Source: Flavobacteriales bacterium | GTDB taxonomy: Bacteria; Bacteroidota; Bacteroidia; Palsa-965 | Direction: 5' to 3' | DNA: 64,000 bases | Assembly (NCBI GenBank): GCA_040377305.1 | Contig: JBEIPA010000004.1 | Coordinates: 160,001 to 224,000, forward strand | In this document: positions 57,516 to 64,000 of the stretch, in pieces | Numbering within the stretch: the first letter of the stretch is position 1 | Layout of the letters: every line of letters starts with the position of its first letter | The notes under the pieces: model-generated | Databases searched by the model: none | Told to the model about the DNA's origin: nothing | What the model saw: only the letters and a program-made list of their open reading frames with translations | Program-made: the position numbers and the translations under genes

Positions 57516-58388
57516 ATGCAACTCATCTCACCTTCCCGCTGGAAAGACTACGAACTCCTCGACTCCGGTCAGTTCGAAAAACTGGAACGTTTCGGGAAAT
57601 TCATCACGATTCGTCCCGAGCCACAAGCGGTGTGGGATTCTGTTCTTCCACGCACAGATTGGTTAAAACTTGCGCACGTTGAGTTTGTTCCCAAAAGCAG
57701 CTCCGCAGGAGAATGGAAGCAACTCAAGCGCGATGCTGTCGATCGCTGGAATATTCGTTATGCATTGCCGGGAGGAAAAGAAATTGTGATGCGATTGGCG
57801 CTCACCTCATTCAAACACGTTGGAGTGTTTCCGGAGCAAGCAGCGAATTGGGATTATATCTACACGACTCTTCAGTCAATGAAGACAGAGAAACCAAAGT
57901 TTCTTAATCTCTTCGCATACACCGGCGGGGCAACTCTCGCGGCGCGTGCAGCTGGAGCAGATGTAACGCACGTTGATTCCATCAAACAAGTCGTAACGTG
58001 GGCGAATGAAAACATGCAACATTCAGGCCTCGATAATATTCGCTGGATGGTTGACGACGCTCTGAAATTTGTGAAGAAAGAACAACGTCGCGGCAATACC
58101 TACAATGGAATTATTCTCGATCCTCCTGCTTATGGCCACGGTCCTAACGGAGAAAAATGGAAACTCGAAGAGAACATCAACGAAATGGTTAAAGCTGTTG
58201 TTGATCTTCTCGATCCGAAAGAACACTTTCTCATTCTCAACGCATACTCGCTTGGTTTTTCTGCCATGATATTGGAGAATCTTTTCCGCGACAGGAAGAA
58301 AGACCTGGAAGTCGGCGAACTCTTCCTGAATGCCAAACACGGCGGTGTTCTTCCACTGGGCGTATTTGGTAAGCTGAAGAATTTCTGA
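57516..58388 (+). CDS. Class I SAM-dependent methyltransferase (RlmI/YwbD-like)
   Basis: Motifs FKHVGVFPEQ, LNLFAYTGG and ILDPPAYG. Confidence 0.9.
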   Translation: MQLISPSRWKDYELLDSGQFEKLERFGKFITIRPEPQAVWDSVLPRTDWLKLAHVEFVPKSSSAGEWKQLKRDAVDRWNIRYALPGGKEIVMRLALTSFKHVGVFPEQAANWDYIYTTLQSMKTEKPKFLNLFAYTGGATLAARAAGADVTHVDSIKQVVTWANENMQHSGLDNIRWMVDDALKFVKKEQRRGNTYNGIILDPPAYGHGPNGEKWKLEENINEMVKAVVDLLDPKEHFLILNAYSLGFSAMILENLFRDRKKDLEVGELFLNAKHGGVLPLGVFGKLKNF

Positions 58389-58400
58389 TAGTTTTCCATT

Positions 58401-60350
58401 GTGAAAACCCATATTCGCACCCCGTTTTTTCTTGGCATTTTTCTTATCCTGATTCAACTGACGTCTTTCGCTCAGCAGAAAGCAAAGATTGACTCTTTGC
58501 TGGAAGTAGCTGAAGATGCGGAAACAGATTCTGCTGCCGCGAACACTTACCGAAAGCTTTTCAACGCATTTGTTGTGTCGGACATGGACAGCGCAGAAAT
58601 TTTTCTCGCGCTTGAGATGGAATATGCAACCAAATCGGGCAAACCCACACTGATTGCCGACGCGAATGAGGACTATGCGCGGATCGCCTGGCAGAGAAAC
58701 AAAATGCCGGAAGCGCTGGGTTATCTTCAAACAACATTGAGCCTGCGGGAAAAGGTTGGCGATCAGAAATCCATTGCCAACTGCGAGAACAACATCGGCA
58801 TCATTTACTGGAACATGAAGAACAGCGATGAGGCCCTGAAGCACTATCGCAAATCAATGGCTATGCGCATGCAATTGAATGACTCTGCAGGAATGGCCGC
58901 CTCTTACGGTAACATGGGGTTGATTTTTCGGGAGTCAGGTAAAGCCGACAGCGCAGATCTTTATTACCGACGCTCCACGCAACTCCGGGAAATTCTAGGT
59001 GATCAGCAGGCCCTCGCAATCGCGTACAGCAACATGGCCATTCTGTACATCACAAGCGATCCCGATTCAGCTATTCTCTACACCGAGAAATCAATGGCCG
59101 CACACAAAGCGTTCAACGATATGTACGGCTATGCAGGTTGTCTGAACAACCTGGGCGTTGCTTATCGCAACAAAGGACTACTTGAGAAAGCAGAAGAGGC
59201 ACAAAAAGAAGCTGCACGCCTGAGCATTGAGCTCGACAACAAAGAGGTCATGAAAAATGCATTCGGCGAACTTGCTTCTATCAATGCCGAGAAAGGAAAC
59301 TACGCGGAGGCGTATCGGTATTTCAATCTGAAAGATTCCTTAAAGGATCTTATCTATAACGAAAATATTTCACAGCAGGTAACCGAAGCCGGAGCGAAAT
59401 ACGAATCGGAGAAGAAGCAACACGAGAACGATCAACTCAAGGCCGATGCCGAAGAAGATGCAATGCTGAATAAATTTCTGATTGCACTCGCGTTACTTGG
59501 AGCGATCGTAACGGGATCGTTGTTCTACGCATATCGCAACAAGCGCAAATCGAATCAGCAACTCGCATTGCAGAATGCACAGATTGAATCGCAGAAGAAG
59601 GAAATTACGGACAGCATCAACTATGCACAGCGAATTCAACAGGCTATTCTTCCGCCGGAGACTACACTGAAGAAGCATTTTCCCGATTCATTCGTTTTCT
59701 ACTTGCCGAAGGCAATTGTGAGTGGCGATTTCTGGTGGATGCTTGAGAAAGACAATTATGTTTTCGTTGGTATTGCCGATTGCACGGGACACGGTGTACC
59801 GGGTGCATTCATGAGCATGCTCGGCATGGAAATGCTCAACGATATTGCACGTGAAACATCAGAGCCATCAGAAATTCTTGCGCGATTGAGTTCTGCAATC
59901 AAGCGCTCGTTGCGACAAACCTCGGCAGAAACACAGAGCCGCGACGGAATGGACATAGCACTTCTGCGTTTTAATCTCAACACGCGCGAGCTCGTTTATG
60001 CCGGAGCAAATCGCCCGTTGTGGATTCGTAAAGCAAGTGGCGATGTGGTGGAACTCTCTGCAACGAAAGCTCCAATCGGTGGTCCCGCCGACGACTCTCA
60101 GCAATATGAATCGCATAAAATTGCATTAGCAACGGGAGACACACTTTATGCTTTCACCGACGGATACGCAGATCAGTTCGGTGGCACAAAAGGCAAAAAA
60201 CTAAAGACATCGGGAATGCGGGGGCTATTGGAACAGCACGCAATGCTACCTATGGTATTGCAGGAGCAAGAACTCTCGGCACACTTCCATCGCTGGCGCG
60301 GGAATCTCGAGCAGGTTGATGATGTGCTCGTTTGCGGAATCAGAATTTAA
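58401..60350 (+). CDS. TPR sensor - TM - SpoIIE/PP2C phosphatase
   Basis: Periplasmic TPRs, a TM segment, then SINYAQRIQ, VSGDF, ADCTGHGVPGA, DGMD, TDGYADQFGG and QVDD. Confidence 0.92.
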   Translation: MKTHIRTPFFLGIFLILIQLTSFAQQKAKIDSLLEVAEDAETDSAAANTYRKLFNAFVVSDMDSAEIFLALEMEYATKSGKPTLIADANEDYARIAWQRNKMPEALGYLQTTLSLREKVGDQKSIANCENNIGIIYWNMKNSDEALKHYRKSMAMRMQLNDSAGMAASYGNMGLIFRESGKADSADLYYRRSTQLREILGDQQALAIAYSNMAILYITSDPDSAILYTEKSMAAHKAFNDMYGYAGCLNNLGVAYRNKGLLEKAEEAQKEAARLSIELDNKEVMKNAFGELASINAEKGNYAEAYRYFNLKDSLKDLIYNENISQQVTEAGAKYESEKKQHENDQLKADAEEDAMLNKFLIALALLGAIVTGSLFYAYRNKRKSNQQLALQNAQIESQKKEITDSINYAQRIQQAILPPETTLKKHFPDSFVFYLPKAIVSGDFWWMLEKDNYVFVGIADCTGHGVPGAFMSMLGMEMLNDIARETSEPSEILARLSSAIKRSLRQTSAETQSRDGMDIALLRFNLNTRELVYAGANRPLWIRKASGDVVELSATKAPIGGPADDSQQYESHKIALATGDTLYAFTDGYADQFGGTKGKKLKTSGMRGLLEQHAMLPMVLQEQELSAHFHRWRGNLEQVDDVLVCGIRI

Positions 60351-60439
60351 CTTTCTCCAACCGCGGGATATGAACCCACGCGACGGAAGAAATTTCCCTT
60401 CACGTTTCGACTGCCTACTGCCCTACTGCTTACTGCCTA

Positions 60440-60604
60440 CTAGTATTTCTGCTTCTTCTTCCACTTCTTCGTCTTCTTTCCAAAGTCGTGATTCCCCGCA
60501 ATAAGTTTCTTGTTGTTGTTCTGTGCTTTTTTGCATTGGCTCTGACAACTTCCCAGTGAGAGCGAGAGCACAAAAAATCCAGCGAGCGTGAGGTAGCGTA
60601 GCAT
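60440..60604 (-). CDS. 54-aa highly cationic lipoprotein (not in the ORF track)
   Basis: Manual translation: MLRYLTLAGFFVLSLSLGSCQSQCKKAQNNNKKLIAGNHDFGKKTKKWKKKQKY*; lipobox LGSC. Confidence 0.7.
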   Translation of the reverse strand: MLRYLTLAGFFVLSLSLGSCQSQCKKAQNNNKKLIAGNHDFGKKTKKWKKKQKY

Positions 60605-60821
60605 TGGGGCCGCGTTTATTTTTCTAACGTAAATCTGCGAAAGAAATTGTTAAAAATGAGCTACGTATTTCAGGTGGTTTTAACATATGTAAATTGCGAC
60701 TGCCTACAGTATGTGTGGAATGTTTGTGACAGAAGCATCTTTTAACAAACTTCCCTTAGTAAGACCCGTATCAGCTATAGCGAACGGCGTTATTAACACG
60801 TAAATTTGTTTGATAGGCCCA

Positions 60822-63800
60822 ATGGAAAACAAGAGCACATACACCACACTGATTAGTAAACTTGACGAGTTCATTCGCAAGTACTACAAGAATCAACTCA
60901 TTCGTGGTTCATTGTATACAGTGGCGATTGTTCTCGCAGGCTATCTAACAATTTCTCTTCTTGAATATTTCGCGCACTTCGATTCAATAGTTCGTACGGT
61001 TTTGTTCTGGTCTTTCCTTGCAGCAACAGCTTACGTGGTCGGAAAATTCATTGTGTTGCCATTGACAAAAATCAATCGCATCGGAAAAATTATTTCCCAC
61101 GAACAAGCGGCAGAAATCATTGGGCGTCACTTCGGAAACGTGCAGGATAAATTGCTCAACGTTTTGCAGCTTCAGAAAACAGGAAGCGGAACCGGCGCAA
61201 GCAATGCACTTGTTGAAGCGAGCATCAATCAGCGCATCAGCGAACTCCGACCGGTTCCATTTACTTCGGCGATTGATCTTAAGCAAAACCGCAGATATGT
61301 AAAGTGGGCGTTGATTCCGCTGCTCGCAATTGTGGTCATTGTTTTCACGAATGCAAATCTTCTCACAGAGAGTGCGAATCGTTTGGTGAACCACTCCGAC
61401 TACTTCGAGGAACAAGCGCCATTCACTTTCAATATTCAAAACTCGCTTGAAGCCATTGAAAATGAGGACTTTACCCTCGACCTGAAAATGACCGGCGCCG
61501 AAGTTCCTGCGAATGTGGTCCTGCTTGTCGATGGTAACGAGTACACCATGAGTCGTGAGAACACAATCGATTTCAGTTATGTGTTCCGCAACGTTCAGGG
61601 AGAAAAGACATTCCGCTTCTTCGCCGATGGATTTACTTCGAAAGAGTACATCCTGAAAGTTCTTCCGAATCCAATCGTACTCAACTTCGATGCGGAACTC
61701 AAGTATCCTGCTTACACCGGGAAGAAAAACGAAACTGTTCGCAACACGGGCGATCTTGTTGTTCCTGCCGGTACTGTTATTAACTGGAATTTCTCAACGC
61801 GCTCTACCAATGCGTTTGTGATGAAATTCATTGACAGCACATACAAACTCGGTCAGGTTGGCGAAGACCGTTTTGAATTCACCAAGAAAGTACTCGAGAG
61901 CGAGCGCTACTCCTTACACACTTCAAATCAATTTCTGAAGGGGAAAGATTCAATCGACTACACCATCAGCGTTGTTCCCGATTTATATCCGGCAATTTCT
62001 GTCGAGGAGAAGAAAGATTCTATCTCCCGCCTCCGCCTCTACTTCACCGGAGAAGTAAAAGACGACTATGGTTTCTCGCGTTTGCAGTTTACTTACCGTC
62101 CGCTCAACAAGAAAGATTCTCTGGGCAACGATGTTGATCCTACCACACAATTTGTAACAATTCCTGTAAGAACAAACCTTGTACGCGACCAGTTCTATTA
62201 CTTCTGGGATCTTTCTGCTCTTGGAATTGAAAGCGGAGATGAGATTGAGTACTACTTCGAAGTGTGGGACAATGATGCCGTGCACGGTGCAAAATCTACC
62301 CGTTCGCAACGGATGATTTTCAAAGCGCCAACGGCGAAGGATCTTGCAAACATGAACGATTCTGCAAACGCGCAGATTGAAAAAGACCTGGAAGCAGCCC
62401 TCGAAGAATCGCGTATGCTTCAGGAGGACATCGACAAGCTTCACCAGCAGATTCTCGAGAAGAAAAATGTAGGTTGGGAAGAAAAGCAAAAGCTGGATCA
62501 GCTTAAGACAAAACAAGCCGCACTGCAACAGCGCATTGATCAGCTGAAGCAGCGCAACGCACAGAACCAACAACAACAACAGGAATTCAACCAGCAGGAT
62601 CCAGAGCGCCAGCAGGAGATGGACGATCTCTTTAATCAGCTTTCTACCGAGGAAATTGAGAAGATGATTAAGAAGATGGAGGACTTGCAGAAGAATCCGA
62701 AAAAGGACGAAACGCAGAAGGCCCTCGAAGAGGCGAAGAAAGATCAGGAGAACACGGAGAAAGACCTTGATCGTACACTTGAGCAATTCCGTGAAATGCA
62801 GTTCCGCCAAAAGCTGGACGATGCAATTCAGAAACTTGATACACTGCAGAAGCAACAACAGGAACTCGCTAATCAATCGGAGCAAAAGAATCTGAGCAAG
62901 AAGGAGAAGGAGCAGATTGCAGCAAAACAAGACAGCCTGAATAAGGAGTTTAACGAATTGCGAAATGAACTCGATAAGGTTGATTCAATCAACCAGAAAC
63001 TCGAAGAGCCACACGAAATGCCGAATACGGATCTCAAGGAAATGGAGATTCAGAAAGATCAACGCGACGCCTCCAAAGAGATGAAAGACGGTGGCGATCC
63101 TAAAGAGGGCTCAGACAAACAGCAAGACGCTTCAGATAAAATGGAGCAAATGGCTCAAAGCCTAAAGGAAGCCCAGGAAAGTATGGACAAGGAAGAGAAC
63201 GCGGAAGATGTTCAGACAGTCCGCACCCTTCTCGACAATCTACTCCAGCTCTCATTTGATCAGGAAGCACTGAAGGATAAAGTGAAACAGACAGGCACGT
63301 CCGATCCGCAATATCCTGCATTGGCACGCGAGCAAAATCGTTTACGTGATAATGCGCGCATGATCGAAGACTCATTGCTCGCTTTGACCAAGCGCAATCC
63401 ACAGATCTCTCCATTAGTAAATAAGGAAATCACGAACATCAACTTCAACATGGATCAATCCATACGGAAGTTGTCGGATCGTGAAACCGGCGAAGCGCAG
63501 AATGTTCAGCAACGTGCAATGACTTCCATCAACACACTTGCGTTGATGTTGAACGAATCGCTTGAGAACATGATGATGCAAATGAACCCGAAGAATCAGG
63601 GCGAGCCTAAAGACTGTAAGGGAGGAAACTGCAAAAAGCCAGGCAATGGAAAGCCTAAGCCCGGATCAGGAGCTAAACCCGGAAAGCAAGGAAACAAGCC
63701 GGGCATGAGCGGCATTCGTCAGCGTCAGGAAAAGTTGAATCAGCAAATGCGTAACGCCAAAGAGAAAGGTCAAAACGGCCAGGGTGGCGCAAGCGCGGAA

Positions 63801-64000
63801 GAGCTCGCGAAGATGGCTGCCGAACAAGAGCAGATTCGTCGCCTAATGCAAGAGTCATTACAGGACACCGAGAACGATGGAGGCGGAACACCGGGCGGAG
63901 ATGCTGCGGACAAAATGGAAGAGACCGAAGAGGATCTCGTGAACAAGAACATCAATGCAGAAACCCTCGAGAGACAGCAACAGATTCTGGATAAGATGCT
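60822..64000 (+). CDS. DUF4175-like large membrane-anchored coiled-coil protein (3' truncated by window)
   Basis: ATG 60822 MENKSTYTTLISKLDEFIRKYYKNQLIRG...; DDYGF and YYFEVWDND motifs; Gln/Glu coiled-coil C-terminus; TAAATTTG -7 motif at 60801. Confidence 0.85.
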   Translation, partial: MENKSTYTTLISKLDEFIRKYYKNQLIRGSLYTVAIVLAGYLTISLLEYFAHFDSIVRTVLFWSFLAATAYVVGKFIVLPLTKINRIGKIISHEQAAEIIGRHFGNVQDKLLNVLQLQKTGSGTGASNALVEASINQRISELRPVPFTSAIDLKQNRRYVKWALIPLLAIVVIVFTNANLLTESANRLVNHSDYFEEQAPFTFNIQNSLEAIENEDFTLDLKMTGAEVPANVVLLVDGNEYTMSRENTIDFSYVFRNVQGEKTFRFFADGFTSKEYILKVLPNPIVLNFDAELKYPAYTGKKNETVRNTGDLVVPAGTVINWNFSTRSTNAFVMKFIDSTYKLGQVGEDRFEFTKKVLESERYSLHTSNQFLKGKDSIDYTISVVPDLYPAISVEEKKDSISRLRLYFTGEVKDDYGFSRLQFTYRPLNKKDSLGNDVDPTTQFVTIPVRTNLVRDQFYYFWDLSALGIESGDEIEYYFEVWDNDAVHGAKSTRSQRMIFKAPTAKDLANMNDSANAQIEKDLEAALEESRMLQEDIDKLHQQILEKKNVGWEEKQKLDQLKTKQAALQQRIDQLKQRNAQNQQQQQEFNQQDPERQQEMDDLFNQLSTEEIEKMIKKMEDLQKNPKKDETQKALEEAKKDQENTEKDLDRTLEQFREMQFRQKLDDAIQKLDTLQKQQQELANQSEQKNLSKKEKEQIAAKQDSLNKEFNELRNELDKVDSINQKLEEPHEMPNTDLKEMEIQKDQRDASKEMKDGGDPKEGSDKQQDASDKMEQMAQSLKEAQESMDKEENAEDVQTVRTLLDNLLQLSFDQEALKDKVKQTGTSDPQYPALAREQNRLRDNARMIEDSLLALTKRNPQISPLVNKEITNINFNMDQSIRKLSDRETGEAQNVQQRAMTSINTLALMLNESLENMMMQMNPKNQGEPKDCKGGNCKKPGNGKPKPGSGAKPGKQGNKPGMSGIRQRQEKLNQQMRNAKEKGQNGQGGASAEELAKMAAEQEQIRRLMQESLQDTENDGGGTPGGDAADKMEETEEDLVNKNINAETLERQQQILDKM

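Noticed and set aside
58023-58844. 273-aa minus ORF
   Set aside because: Overlaps two well-supported plus-strand genes and has no recognisable motifs.
61983-62930. 315-aa minus-strand ORF (and other minus ORFs from 60984 to 63955)
   Set aside because: Antisense shadow of the plus-strand DUF4175-like gene starting at 60822, which the track omitted because its stop lies outside the window.
1-64000. CRISPR arrays, rRNA, IS elements, defence systems
   Set aside because: No regularly spaced repeat-spacer arrays, rRNA-like sequence, or transposase or nuclease motifs were seen; the long repeats in T9SS genes are protein-coding domain repeats.

Overview
A 64-kb chromosomal segment from a Bacteroidota bacterium, judged from T9SS type A and B C-terminal domains, TAnnTTTG -7 promoter motifs and gene content. 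It is mostly core and cell-envelope genes. These include a CusA/CzcA-TolC fusion efflux system, dedA, an exbB-exbD-exbD-exbD-tonB-small membrane protein-PstS-like-TPR operon (TPR gene frameshifted), seven T9SS cargo genes, three GT-C-type glycosyltransferases (one TMTC-like), rnr, a nadA-MORN-PAS kinase-LytTR operon, rpiB, an M28 peptidase, lutB, ferritin, ttcA, an ECF sigma/anti-sigma pair, tRNA-Cys, folB, gltX, and a DUF4175-like gene cut off by the window end. No CRISPR array, rRNA, integrase or transposase was found. The main leads are: (i) a ~150-aa foreign beta-rich domain inserted in frame in GluRS; (ii) a probable dnaA-unlinked oriC between nadA and rpiB, with a (CTA)5 trio tract in the opposite polarity to the B. 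subtilis arrangement; (iii) a structured non-coding cluster between the ECF sigma gene and tRNA-Cys, comprising an sRNA or attenuator-like switch, a three-way junction and a 175-bp element bounded by a duplicated tRNA 3' end; (iv) a TMTC-like O-mannosyltransferase and a second GT-C gene flanking Thr/Ser-rich T9SS beta-repeat proteins; (v) three ExbDs, two with duplicated SHOCT-like inserts; (vi) two orphan genes each followed by the same ~55-bp repeat; (vii) small proteins: a cationic 54-aa lipoprotein missed by the ORF track, and Sm-like and FlbD-like candidates. All family assignments come from motif recognition by eye; no database search was run.
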